Part shown: positions 12,701 to 28,429 of the stretch, piece after piece
Position numbering within the stretch: the stretch's first letter is position 1
How the letters are laid out: every line of letters begins with the position of its first letter
Assembly: GCF_009914755.1 (NCBI RefSeq)
Contig: NC_060928.1
Source: the human T2T-CHM13v2.0 reference genome, Homo sapiens
Direction: 5' to 3' (one strand)
DNA: 64,000 bases
The notes under the pieces: model-generated
Told to the model about the DNA's origin: nothing
Database searches by the model: none
The model's input: only the letters and a program-made list of their open reading frames with translations
Translations under genes and position numbers: made by a program

Positions 12701-15700
12701 TTGTGATTTTGTGATTTTGAACTAAATACCATGAGCAAAGAAATAATGTCTGCACTCTTTACTTCATAATACTTTTTCATGCTAAAAAAAAAAAAAAAAA
12801 AGAAAATCTGAATTTTCAATTAAAGGGACACTGTTGGTAATTTGCAAATGAGGAACCAAGACCCATGCTAACTAGTTTGTAAGAGTTAGAAATAATATTA
12901 ACTCCCAATGCCATCCTCTTTAAACTCAAACTTCCCGGCTTCTGAAGAACTTTGATTTAATTTAATTGGAAGAAATGCATGGATCCCCATGAGAAAATGC
13001 CCTGGGATCAGCCATGGAAGGAGAGTAGGTAAACATCATGGTTCTTTACTAATTTCTTTCCATATAAAAAAGGAGGTTTCTAGGAAATTTCCAGAAACTT
13101 GATTACAATTTCTTCATCACATACTGATTTGCTATATATTGTTTTTCTAGCCAGGTCCATGTTCCAAAAGGGGTGAAGACTTGAGAGTATTACCCAGTGG
13201 GGTGTGTTTGTGTGTGTTTGTGTGTGAGAGAGATATTAGGACTTAATGAAATAATACTATATACTATAGGAGTGGGACCAGAAGAGAGAGAGGAAGAGAG
13301 AGATGGAAGAGGGATGGGTGAGTCAGTCTTGCCCAAAATGGTTGTATGCTTTGGCTAAATTCTCAAAGTAGTCACTCAAAGGCATATTTGATTTTGCATG
13401 TGAATAAACTAATAACTCTTGCTGAGTATCATTGTATTTTATCCCAACCAATCCCTCTCCAGAACTCAGAGCAGCTTTATCATAAATAACAATTATTGGT
13501 AAAGGTATAGTGTAACTTTACATGAAAATTGTTTTTTTCAAGGTACATACATCATGATCAAAATTTAATATTTGATGTAAATATTTAAATATCTTAGGAG
13601 CAATTATTTGATTCTCTCCCCTTTTCATATGAAATAAAAACAAATGTATGGCATTGCGTTCATGACAGTATTTACTGCTTAGCAAAGAAAAAAAGAAGTA
13701 TTGAGGCAATTATTTGAATAATTATTTGAAAAATTATCTAATTAAGGAGGGAAAAATGTAAACGGTTAGCTCTAGGACACACCAGAAAACAGTTCATAGC
13801 ACTTTACTGTTACAGGCAGGGAGGTTTAAAAAAATCTTTAAGATTTGTCATAGCAAGCTTTCTTCTCTTGGTTCTTGAGCTATGAAGTAGTCTTTTTCTA
13901 CTCAGAGCTAAATCTTTAAAAGTAATACCCCATAATCCAAAAGTTAGGAATTCCTGAGTTTAGCTCTCACAAAAAATAATGTACCATCTTTGCAAAGCAT
14001 ACTGCGAAAGGAGGTCTTTTCAAATGTCTTGTCTCAAATGGGAAACAAACCTGGGACCATATTGAATCCTGCAGTTTTTTTTAATGAGGGCAAGAGTAGG
14101 GAAATCTTGCAGATAAGTCTCCTAGCTCAGACCTGGCCAAGTGCTCAGTAATGGGCAGGAGGGCAGGCAGATATCAGAGAAAGCTGCCTGTGTTCCTAAC
14201 TGCAGGAGGATGGAGAAGAATCTCTGCAATTCCTCAAAAACTTTCTAAAATGTAAGGTGGACAGGTCATTTTTAAATATTGTTGCTGTTCAAGAATTGAG
14301 CCATAATGGTCCCTGGCCTCTTTTTTTATAACTAATCATACTTTTAAAAGACTATTTTTTCCAAATTTGTATTGCAATTAATGTGTGCCTGAACTATAAG
14401 ACATTTTCTATCCTCCTAATTATGAAAGCAGCCTGTGTCAACCAATGGTTTATGCAGAGATTTAAGATTCCAACACACAGTTGCAAAGATCTGAAGGAAA
14501 TATACAAACTGTTACACACACAAAGCAACATACACAAAACAGCAAGCACAAATATCAGTCACTGCCAACAGTTCACTATCCTAAGCAAAACATAGTTTGC
14601 ACTTCTATAGAAGCTACTGGCTTCTAGAAAGAGCAAGAGTACCAGCAGTCATATTTAGCGTCTATGGTGTATTAACATATAAAGAAAACAGCAGTCATTA
14701 AAGACAACCCAGCTTTTAAAATACATATAAGTCCTTGTCCAGCAGTTAGCCAATCAGAAAGCAGGTCACATCTTGTTAGCTGTATTAAATACACGAAACG
14801 TCATGAATTCTCTATGGCTCTGTTGACAATTCAAGCCAACTGTGTTTTATCCCATAGCACAAACTTAATGGAGTCCCTTCCTAGAGTTAAAAGTCAATCT
14901 TCAATCTAAAATTCCACCAGAGCTATTCCCTAAAAGCTCTTTGGCATAAATCTTGTGGTATTTATACTCTGCAGAGAAGACTAAATTCCTAGCAATTTCC
15001 ACTTCCTAAAGTGACTTTGGTGCACCTATAACAAACTCCTTTTCCGAACACTTCCACACAAAGCCCCAACTTACAGGCAGATGGACAATCCAGCAGCAAG
15101 ACCTGCCAGCTGAGCTAGCACAGAGAAAAAGTCAACTGACATAAAATATTTAAATTGCAGGAGGCGAGTCTGGAGTTTTGCATTTAAAAAGTTCTGAAAG
15201 TCCTGTTCTCTCTGCTCCCAGAGTTGCTGGCTGCCTAGGAGGCTGAGTCTCCCTCTCTCAGGCACAAGATCTCAAATATGCAAAAACTAGAGCTGACTTG
15301 AAAGCTGAACCAGCTCCTGTCCTAAGGTAGAGTGATAGGGGGGCACGACCGACAGCAATAGGAGAAAGTCTAGAGTCCCCTTGCCCCAAGCAACTGGTTT
15401 CTGATTTTAACACTGAAATATACAAACATGTGTCCCTCCAGGGCTAGTTCTGAGAAGTAGGCAGGTTTACTCTTCTGCCCCTTTTTACCTCGATTTTGGT
15501 GACTCTGAAAAGTAAATACAGGTCAAAGCAGACTTCCTCTAGGATTTGTAAAAAAGAAAAAATATATATATATATATATATACACATATGTATATATATA
15601 TATAGCCAGATGCAAACAATCACAAAATTCCTTGGAATTATATCTCAAGAAACACCAACAGGACTGACTCAGAGCCTGTAAAACACCAGAGTTCTGGAAG

Positions 15701-15961
15701 AGCAACATTTCTGGAAACCCGGCATGTGAATCAAGTGCTGGGTTGTCTCAAGATTCCGGCAGAAACTGTCCTCTGCTACAAGAGTTGCTGTGCCTGGAAA
15801 CCCAGCGTCCAAACTCGTGGATTCATCCTGGCGCTCATTTCCACGTACGTGGTAGTATCAAGTGGGACACTTCCCATAGAATTCAGCCAGAAACCCTAGG
15901 AAAAGCTCATGCATAGCTTAACAAAAATACACAAACACATCCCCAAGGTTGAAGTACTTAC

Positions 15962-16093
15962 CTCTGTGCGAGACTGCAGTCTCTTGTTCATCTCATAGAT
16001 TCGGTACTCTGGCTGTACCATGTATGGTGTATGCCTCCTATAAAATGGGCCGAAAGGAGAAGAATAGAAGGGGTCATGTGGTGTGCTGGACAT
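15962..16093 (-). CDS. LDB2: LIM domain-binding protein 2, first coding exon (44 codons, phase-0 end); the rest of the gene lies left of the window
   Basis: Translates MSSTPHDPFYSSPFGPFYRRHTPYMVQPEYRIYEMNKRLQSRTE, recognised as the LDB2/CLIM1 N-terminus. ATG context is GCAAGATGT (A at -3). A canonical donor GAG|GTAAGT lies at 15962/15961; the ORF-track extension to 15896 is intron read-through. Confidence 0.96.
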
Positions 16094-16455
16094 CTTGCCT
16101 GCTTTTCGAAAATCAAGCTAAACAGAGTATCAGTAACGTCCATGCAGAGCACATGGGCTGTGTTCTTCCCAGTACAAAGTAGACGCACGCACACACGCTC
16201 ACACACACACAGAGGCAGGCAGGCAGGCAGGCTGAACACGCTGGCTGGGAACTGCTGTCGGAGCCCTCTATAGCAGGAGAGGAGAGGGAGAGGAGAGGAG
16301 GGAGGGAAAGAGGGAGGGAGGGAGGGAGCACGGGAGAGGAGGGAGAGGGAGAGAGCAGGAGCTCCAGAGAGGGAGGGAGGTTGGTATGGAGGAAGGGAGG
16401 GAAGAAGGGAGGGAGGGAGGGAGGGAGGAGGGAGAGAGGGAGGGAGGGAGGGAGG

Positions 16456-16515
<60 letters not shown>

Positions 16516-16900
16516 AGCTGGATAGCTTTAGGCACCACTGCTTGTTTTTAAAGAAGCAGTTTGTGGAGAGGTCATTTCCTGTCCACATTGTAGACTAGTT
16601 CACAAATATAATTCTCCTCACAGTCTGACAAGAGGTCTAAGGTTTGGTTTTAATTTTTTTCCTCCAGCCAGGACCCTTCACAACCTGATTGCTAAGCTTG
16701 TTAGCATAGAGGTGGTCTAACCGCTACATGAGCCGCTCACCCCTGACAACCACACTGTTGTAATGTATCAGAAATGTTGATTACTACAAAATACAGAAAC
16801 ACGGGCACTGTGGTGCCCCGAATTGGGACCGGTGATTCACTCACATGCAGAGATTTATTTCAGCACTAATCTCCCTATGTAGTTTTGCTTTACTTGCTGT
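16094..16900 (-). promoter_or_regulatory. LDB2: LDB2 5'UTR and proximal promoter
   Basis: Lies immediately upstream of the ATG and is free of interspersed repeats. Contains (TG)n and (CCTG)n in the leader, a TATA-like CTATAG near 16268-16273 and a long CT-rich tract. The exact TSS cannot be determined from sequence. Confidence 0.65.
16275..16520. repeat. Polypurine (GGGA)n/(GA)n tract in the LDB2 promoter
   Basis: Directly visible; pure (GA)n at about 16460-16510. Confidence 0.95.
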
Positions 16901-19117
16901 TGTTCCAAGGGCTGTTATATTCTTTGCCCTCCACTCCATCTCACTCCCATCTCTCCCCACTCACCCCTCTTCCCAGCCACCTCCCTCTTCTCCAAAGACT
17001 TCATTCAGGCCCTTAAGGTGCCTGGGCATTTTCAGGTAAAAACAGTCGTTCTGAATGTGGAAGGTATAAAATACACTTAAGGAGAGCAATGGTCTTTTTT
17101 CCCAGGAAGGAAAAACAAACAAACAAACAAACAAAAAACCCAAACAGACCTCCCAATAAGACAGGAAAAGCAAAGAAGGAGAAAACTGCCACAAAAATGA
17201 CCACGGAAAATTTGGTTGAGAAGGAAATTGCAAATAATTGAATGGATCATCCCCAGATAACATGTCCAACTCTTATGGAGACAAAGTCTGTATTTTCCAA
17301 GATTGGTCAAGTAAACAAATATTTTCCCAACTGTGGTATATGATAACCATAAGAAATCCCAACAGCCCATGGAAGGGGAAAATCTCTATAGAGAATTAAA
17401 CAATCTATAAAATAATCAAATTCTGCTAGAACCCACTATAACCAGAGATACGACACTTAAACAAAGCCCAGCCACACAAAATTTAAATGTATTGAGCTAA
17501 CACCTAGGTAGGTCAGTGGTATTAAGGAAATAAAGCAAAGGACCACCAAAAAGCATAATGAATTCAAGACCTGAATGCAAATGCATGCAAATGAGACATT
17601 TCTTCTTTTTAATAAGCAGATTAATTAACTTTCTGCCCCAATCATGGCTTGGGTATCTCCAAGTCACTAGCCAACAGGGGATAGAGTATTGCTAATTCTG
17701 CAATTTACACTCTTAAAAATACTCAGACACAGAAAAGTGTATTGCTGTCTTGATCAGTCCTTCTTCATAATTGCATGAAATATTTGCTGAGTCCACCCCA
17801 AACTTCCAGCAGCGCAGCCTAACACACTAATGTCGCTTCCCAGGATGAGATTAGGGTAGGTATTACACTAAGGCTGCTTGGAACTTGCGCTAGGAGACCC
17901 CAAGGCAGGCGAGAATGCTTGGTTTCAGGTTTCATTACAAATCCGAAAGCTGGACCAAATTTGCTGCAAGGTTTGTCAAAACACACAACCTTCTAAAGAC
18001 AGGATTTCAAACAATTTTGGCATGATTTACGTTTTGGTATGGCAGCCACTGCAAAACCTAATGGTTCCTTATGTTTAAACTCTCAAACTAAAGACATTCT
18101 GAAAGTTTAGTGTCTGCCTGAGTTTGTGTTAATGTGACCATTTCAGTGCAAGAATGAAAGTAACACCTAGGCAGGCCTGTGCAGGCCAATAGTAACAAAA
18201 AAAAATGAAACAGTTCAAAAATCCATTTAGGAAGGGAATCCCTCTCTGAATAAGGTTCTGGTTTGCTCTCATTTGTTTCTGCAGACCATTGCCAATTATA
18301 ATTGGAAATATTTCTTGCCATTAATAGTGAAAGACTCTCATTTCAGAACTATCTGAAACTTGATAATGCTGATCCATATCCCTGATTCTCATCCCCGTTA
18401 TTTCAGGAGTCTCCGAACTGGTCCCCCTGCCCACAGATTCACAGTCCTCTTCTAACTTGTGGTCTGTCCTTATTCAAATGAGAATGTGGATTTCAGATAA
18501 GTGAAAGCGATCATGTCCCATGTTTTCCCCCTCAGTGTTTCCCTGCTGCCAGAAGGAAAACGTGCAAGTTCCTTAGGAACATGGCATACAGGGCTCGGTA
18601 AGACCCGCACTTCTGTGCTGTCTCTTTCTCCCTCTGTCACATACACACACACACTCACACACACTCATTCATTTACTCATTTGTGTGTTCATTCATTTAT
18701 TTATTTGCTATACTTGATCTTCCTAAACTTGCAATCTTTCTTATGCATGGCCACATTTGTACTTCTGGCCCTAGTTTACCTACAAACTGCTACTTATCCT
18801 TCTATTAAATTAAATTGTCTCCTCCATAAATCTTTTTAAATTACACATTCATTTGTTTATTTATTCAACAAATATTCCATTCACAGTGGATAGAGGCAGA
18901 GCCAACAGCAGGGCCAGAGCACGTTTCAACCCTAGCTCCACCATCTAGTTGTCGCGTGAACCTGAGCAAAGGACTCAGTCTCTCTGCACCTCAGTTATCT
19001 CATTGCAAGATGAGGACAATGATAGAAACTAGTCTATAAGATTGTTGCTAAGGATTAGCAAATACATCCAAATGCATTAGAACCCTGTCATCTAAACGCT
19101 CAAATAATAACATGATA

Positions 19118-19610
<493 letters not shown>

Positions 19611-19784
19611 TTATTAGGTACCTGATATCTGCTTAGGTTCTAGGGATCATTGGGAGGCCAAGGTGACATAGCACACAGGCTACCTGCCTTCCTGCCCCTT
19701 GCCATCTAGTGAGGGCAAGGGAAAGACAGTGTAGAAGAGCTAGTAAATATTTGGGAACATAATTTTAAACTATAGTGCAAGCTC

Positions 19785-20077
<293 letters not shown>

Positions 20078-21386
20078 TCATCCTCCCCCTTGGTGTCGTC
20101 AGTGTAGTGTAGTTTCTATATTCTTCTATTAGAGGACTTATATTAATACATAAAAGGAACAAATACTGTCACTTGTTCAGTACTTGCTATGTGCCAGCCA
20201 CTGTACTGAGTGGTCTACACAATCACTCTTAGTTTATCTTGCAATAAATCTATGGAATTGATTTGATTACTATTCCCATTTTACCCAATGGGAAACTGAG
20301 GCTATGAGAGGCTAAGAAAGTTCTTTGAAGTCATGCAATGAATAAGTGACAGAGACAAAATTCACAGCCAGTTTGCCTGACTGCTTGACTTAAGCATTTT
20401 GCTGCTCAGAGGTCAGGTCCATCCTCATCTCAAGGGCATTTCTGTTCTTTGTCCCCGGTGGCCAGCGTGGTGCTGAGCCCATAGTAGATGCTCAAGACAC
20501 ATGGACCTGACTAAATGGAAGAAGAAGCAAAGGATAAAGTGGCTCCCCTCACTTGGATTTTATTCTTCGTTGTCTTGCTTAGTTTCAGACACTCAATGCC
20601 CCCTGCCTCGCTCCGACCCCTGTCCCTGAAGCCCTGCCCTGCAAATCACCACTCCCATCTTTGTTATTGTCCCAGATCTCCCAGCATAGATTCCTAAATC
20701 CACAAGCTAGGAGTTGAATCCTTTGCACCGCCAGGTTACCGGGTTGTCTTTGTCGTTCATCTGTTTGTCTTCTTTCTTGCTTCTTGAAGGATCAGCTATG
20801 ACTGGTCTTCTGGGTCAAGGATGAGCTAAGAAGTGAAGAAAACAAAGTGCTTATTTTAAGATTGTAAATCAACTCCTTCAGAAAACCATAGAGAATTGCA
20901 AGTATGCAGTATTTGTACCCTAGCAAAGAATAAACAAGTCTAACCCCCAACACAACAGTTCTATTACCCCCAAAGATTAAGCCATGCTCGTTTACGCATC
21001 ATTTTGTGTATTGAGTATGAATGAGTTCCCAAAGTCCTCATGCGGACGTTCAGGGTGCTCTAAAAGCTGGCCTGCCCTTTACACTCGGGACCTAATTTAG
21101 CTGCATTCACCTTAGGTTTAACCCAGAGAATGATTATTGTTCCTTTAAGTGGAAATACTTACCCACAGTTTAAAAAGTGAAGAATTTCACATACAATCCA
21201 GATTTTCATCTTCTCTGAAAAATTATAAGCTCTGACCACCCTTGGCCCCATCCCTGCTGCATGGCAGTGTGCAGTGGGGCCAGCCTCTTTGTGCTTGCCC
21301 GTTCACCATGGTCTCTGTCACTCTACAGCCGTCCCCTCCAATGTCCCTAATTTCCGTTTACCTGCCTGGTTCTTCCAAGTATTTGA

Positions 21387-21926
<540 letters not shown>

Positions 21927-23543
21927 TAAATGAAAACATAGAAGGCGTGGCAGATTTCAACCCTGGTGCCACCACTTAGTTGTCACGTGAACCTGAGCAA
22001 ATGACTCAGTCTCTCTGCACCTCAGTCATCTCATTGCAAGATGGGGACAATGATAAAAACTAGTCTATAAGATTGTTGCTAAGGATTAGCAAATACATCT
22101 GACAGCATTAGAACCCTCACATCTAAATGCTCAAATAATAACATGATTATTAGGTACCCAGCATCTGCTTAGGTGCTAGGGATCATTGGGAGGCCAAGGT
22201 GATGTGGCACACAGGCTACCTGCCTTCCTGCCCCTTGCCATCTAGTGTCTGCCTTCAGGCAACTTAGCAGACATGCAAAACTATGCTTCTTTCATTCAAC
22301 AAGGTATATATTGAGCCCCTACTATGTACTAAGCACCATGCCAAGTGCTGGTAATATTGCTCCAACAACCAAACCAAAGGAAACACAGAACTAATCCCTT
22401 ACTCCAGGAGAGAGGTGGTCTAGAATAATGTTGTCAGCGATGGGCTTTGGAGCCTCACCGCCTTGGCTTGAATCGTGACTCCTGCATTTAGCTGTATGAC
22501 GTTGGCATTTCATCTGTCTCTGCCTCAGTTTTCTCATCTCATCTGTAAAGTGGAGTTAATAGCAACCCTATGATTCCTATGAGGATAAAACAAGCTAATG
22601 CATATATGTTGATTAGAACAGTGCCTGGCATTTAGTAAGTCCTCATAATTATTAGTTATTATTAGAAGAGGCAACGGGCATTAACCAATATCAGAAGCAC
22701 ATGTAAAGTGACACTGTGAAGTATAGAAGGCAGGCTGGGATAAGGAGGAGGCATGAGCAGTAGAGAAGCGGCCAAAAAAAAAAAAGGTCTAAGGCATAAT
22801 ATGATAGGCATCTCCATATTAATAAACAAAATGCTAATTTACAAAGAGCCTTGAAATAAGGAGGGATTCATTCAAACTAGTGAAATCAAGGAAGGCTTCA
22901 CAGAGGAGTTGGCATTTGTATTTAGCCTCATAGGATCAGTCCCAAGACTAAGATGAAAGTTTGAGAAAGTTCACGCCAAGCAAAGCGGACACCATGGAAA
23001 TGAACATATTTGACATCAAGCAAAGTCAAACAACTTGGTGAAGGCAGAGATAGTAAAAAGATGATGAAGTTCAATTCCAGGAGACCTGAAAGTGCCATCT
23101 GAAGGAATTTGCAGTTTATCGCCTGGGCACTGGGAAGCCAATAAGTGGTTTGCTCAAGCAAGATGACTTGCTAATACAAGGAGGATAAATTAGATTCAGA
23201 GCGACTCAAGAACTTAACTATGCTTTGGGAAGTTGATTTTGGTCAACAAAGTCCCCAGCATACATCTGTTCAGAAAATTCTCTCAGAGCACATGAAACAG
23301 AAGACCCAGAACAGATACTGAAAAAGCTCTCATTGTTCTTGGCTACCACCTAGAATTAAGATCTTTTATGACTTTGTGGAACTTCAAGGTCATCTTCTAA
23401 ACAGCACCAGTAGTCATTGTCCAGGCTTTCAAAGTTTATAAATTGAATTCAGAGTTGAGAAGGGCATTGCTGAGTACATCAAAGAGCTTGGAAATCTGTC
23501 TCTACCCTGCAGTCTTAGAATTGTCTTGGATTTCCTTTATTGA

Positions 23544-23894
<351 letters not shown>

Positions 23895-25874
23895 TGACTA
23901 AGCCAAATGTAATAAGAAATTATAATGACTAAGAAAGGCCATAGCCATTGAGAACAGCTTATTTCAAGAGTATCAACAGTGAAATCCAGCCTCATAGCAT
24001 GGACCACTTAATGTTCATTTAATTATTAAACAGGTCATCCCTGAGTACCTGCAATGTGCTGGGCCCTCCTCTTTTGGACTCTGTGGGATCAGATCCTCTC
24101 TGACCTCCTGCCTTTCCAACCACATCTGTGCCTGTATTCACCCAGCCAACACCACCTGCCATGACACTTCTACTTCATTCCCAATATATGTCAGATTCTT
24201 TCTTCTAGATTGTAGGACACTCCTCTCTTGGCCTTAGCATGGCTAGCTCCTTCTCAGCTCAAGATGTTACCTGTTCAAAGAGGCCATCCATGACCAAGTT
24301 ATATAAATAATTTATCCATGCTCCATTACTTTCTCTCACTGAATTCTGTTTGTTAGGTCTCTGACACTGATCACCATCTGTAATTACATCTGTATTTGTT
24401 ATTTACTTGTATATTGCCTGTGCCTGTGTTTCCTCTGAGATTATAAATTCCACAAGGGCTGACAATGTGCTGGTTTTATACACCAATGTATAAAAAATTC
24501 TGTACACTCAGAATTTCACATAAGGTTTGGCACATGCAGGAACTCAGTATATTTTTTGAAAATAAATAGGTGAAATATCTGAATGCATCCCTGGAGCTGT
24601 CCTGGCAAATTATATCTCTTAATTCCAGGCTGAGCTATTCATATAATAGTGATGTATAAAGGCTATTTTTGTTCATTTATTAATGCAATTGGGTACTTAC
24701 TACAAGTCAGGTACTGGGAAAACCAAACTGGGCAAATTTGATAACTTGAGAGGCTCCCTTTCCAGGAACCAATTCCCTAGAAAGCCCTTTGTCATCATTA
24801 ATTATTTCATATCCAGAAGACCTCAGAGCTGCTATTGAGACTTCTGTGATCCACTTCTGACCTATGGAAGACCATGCAGCCAAGTGTCAAGGACGCTGTA
24901 TTCTCTATCCAGCTTTGAACCTTTCTCAGTGTGACAATTGGGTTAAGTCATATCACTGCAGTTAGCTTGAGTTTCCGTACTTGCAAGATGCAGATAATAG
25001 CACTAACTTCATAGGGCTGTTATGCGAATTGAGGAATATTTTCTGCCCCTAATAGCCAATAGCTGTTACGAAGTGTCAAGCATTGTTCCAAGCATTTTAT
25101 AAATATTGATTCATTGAATCCTTAACACAATCCCATAAGAAAAAGACTATTTTGTTCCCACTCTGTAGGTGAGGAAACAGATGCTCAGAGAGTCTGAGCA
25201 ACTTGCTGTGGGTCTCACAGATAGTAGCTGGTGGAATGGGAGTGGAATGAGGGGCGTCTGGCTCCCCTTGTTGATGCTCTCGGAGGGTCCACAGTCTCTG
25301 TTCATCTCCACACTCAATTGTGAGCTGCTTGAGGGCAGGTGACACATGTTTTTCATGAAATAAGAAAAATATAAATGAGAGAATGAAGACAGAGTATCAT
25401 TCAAGATTCTTCTGCTTGTAGAAAAAAAAAACACTCCAAATGTCTTAAGTAAAAAAGAAAAAAAAGTGAATTTATTTGCTTATCTAATTGGAAAAGTCAG
25501 AAGCATTTGAGTTCAGGTTCAGTAGGATCCAGGGGCCCAAACTACATCTCCAGGACTTGGAACCTGTGGCCGCCCCTGTAGGCAGGCTTTCCTCACTTGC
25601 TGGTAGACTCTGCCCATGTGGTGACCGTGGGTAAGGCTGGGTTCATATTCTCCCACTTTAGCCCAGCAGAAAGAGAGGTTTCTTTTCCAAGAGTTCCAAC
25701 AAAAATCCCAGTTTTGTGTCTCATTGCCTGATTCGGACATAAAAACCAATCTCTGCAGCCAAGAGAGTGGCCAGTCCTGGGTCACATGCCCACTCCCCCA
25801 GCCCGGGGCAGGTTGGCCCCCCTAAATCCAGGGACCCAACAAAATGGCAGGGTTCTGTTACCAGAAGGTGAGTG

Positions 25875-26315
25875 CATTTATAGGTATAGCCACCCACAAA
25901 ATATACATTCAAGTCCTAACCTTTAGTACCTGTGAATGTGAGATTATTTGTAAATAGGGTCTTTGTGGATGTAATCAAATTAAGATGAAGTCATACTGGA
26001 TTAGGGCGAGCCATAAATCTGATGACTAACGTTCTTACAAGGAGAGACACAGACACACAGATACACACATGAAGAGGGAAGCAGAAGCTAGAGCGATGCA
26101 GCTACAAGCCAAGGAACACCAAGGACAGCCAGAAACCACCCGAAGCTGGGAAGAGGCAGGAATGAAGTCTTCCTTAGAGCCTTCAGAGGGGGCATGGGCT
26201 GCCGAGACCTTGATCTTGGACCTCTAGCCTCTAGAACTGTAAGCGAATACATTTCTGATTATTGAAGCCACTCAGTTTGTGGTACTTTGTTACAGCAACC
26301 TTAGCAAACTAATAG
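25875..26315 (+). mobile_element. MaLR solo LTR (MLT1B/C-like), apparently nested in an older MLT1 LTR at ~25400-25870
   Basis: CCTGTGAATGTGAGATTATTTGTAAATAGGGTCTTTG...CTCAGTTTGTGGTACTTTGTTACAGCAACCTTAGCAAACTAATA. Confidence 0.75.
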
Positions 26316-26659
26316 AGAATGGATATGGGTTCTGCATGCAAAGCCTCTGCTACCCAACCACAAAGAGGCTGACTTGGCTCAAAACAGAAGAGACTGCAAG
26401 GAGACCCACCTGTTTTCTTTTCCTTTACTAACAAGGGTAATAACAATAACAATACTAATGTCATTTACTGATTGCCTACTAATTGTCATGCAAATGTAAG
26501 GTCTGGTAACTCACAAAAAATTATATCATTGGATCCTCACACCACCCCTGCTGAGTTAGCTAAGTTTTCCTCCAAGCACAGGGAGCTATCAAACAGGAAT
26601 AGAGTCCTCCTTCTTCTATTTAGGTACATATTAATCTTTATATGAACCCTCCCTCCAAA

Positions 26660-26695
<36 letters not shown>

Positions 26696-28145
26696 CCCGC
26701 CCCCCCCCCCCAACACACACGCACACACACACACTGCCGTACCACTAAACTGTGCTTGTCCCAGAATGGGTGGCAAATATTTACAAATGAATAAATGGCA
26801 GCCTTTTAAAAATTGTGTTCTAACTTACTAAAAATTATTATCTGTGGTATGATTTTCTCTTCGTGCTCTGTTTTATCAGAACTAACTTTGAGCCATTTTC
26901 CTGCCCGATCTGCCAGAACTGCTGTCACTCATCCTGATTTCAGCCATGTGCCTCCTGCCTCTCTTTCCCTCCCCTGGAGCTTTGAGAGACAACTTTTGGA
27001 TTGGCGGCTGACACCAGGATGCCTCCGGACACCCTGGAGGCTGGAGAAAGACAGTGTGCTGCACAGCCTCACACAGCCTGCCAAGGACAAACTTCCTCTG
27101 CGCGACTTGGACCTAGACAATCGTTCTCTGACAAAGGAATCCCCAAGCCTGCGCCTTCGTGGAATTGACTTTTGAGTCCCTTTATTACTGAGACTGACAT
27201 CTGAAGCACATGTATGTTTTTCTTTCATAAAAGCTCTACCCTAATCCAAGATCAAACAATTTATTTTGAAAATAACTGTACAGAATGGTACATTTTCCAG
27301 AACCAAACAGGTTTCCCCTGTCATTTGCCATCGCCTTTGAAGTATTTAATAGCTGAGGTAACTTGGAGAAACGACTGTGTTCCTGAAAACTGCACTTACT
27401 GTCGCTCCTGTTTGCAAGGGACTTAGCATTTACTCACTGCTTTTATCAGTCCACTTTTTGCTTTTATCTGCTTTGTTTCCCAAGTGAATTCTCATTCATA
27501 GTTTTCTACACATCATTTCTGAGAGCCACGGAGGATTTCCTTCTGGGAATGGACCTTAACTGATCTCAATGTCCCCTGCTGTTGATATTTGCATTATTTC
27601 CAATTTTTCTCTAATACAGCAATCCTTGATAAATATCCTTATATCTCTTTGTATATCCATATGTGTCCACATCAAAACTCTAAAAGTAAAACCATTTTAA
27701 GGCAAGGGGCATGTACTTTGTAAACCTTTTGTTACATATTGCCAAATTGCCCTATAAATGAGTTCTGTGGATATAGTCCCACCAGTAATTTTTAATTTTG
27801 ATTTCATTTTTATGTTGATGAGCATGATACACATTCATGAAGAAAACTCATGCAATACTTCAAAGTGTGAAGAAAAATGTGAAATGCACCTGATTTTCTG
27901 CTCTGATTTTCTCCACTGTAGAGGCTGTACAGAAGGATCTAGCAGCTCATCTCTTTGTGCATGGGCTGAGTTCTCCAGCCACCATGCCTCCACTGGGAGC
28001 TAGTGGAAGGAAACCCACCGTATGGATGCAAAGCACTGTAGCTGACAAATCTTTGAGTGTTTTTTAATTTTTCACAATCATAAACAACAGGGCAAAGAAT
28101 TCCCTGGAATTCATCCTTCAGCACTGGACATAAATGCCACTTCTT

Positions 28146-28429
<284 letters not shown>

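Noticed and set aside
15896-15961. C-terminal 21 aa of the 65-aa ORF 15896..16093
   Set aside because: Lies past the GAG|GTAAGT donor; intron read-through, not LDB2 protein.
16113-16598. 141-, 106- and 70-aa ORFs over the promoter
   Set aside because: Low-complexity translations of the GA/CT tract.
26813-27228. Overlapping 120- and 99-aa ORFs in a mildly GC-rich patch
   Set aside because: No homology recognised and no convincing splice pair; could be regulatory or lncRNA sequence but is unsupported.
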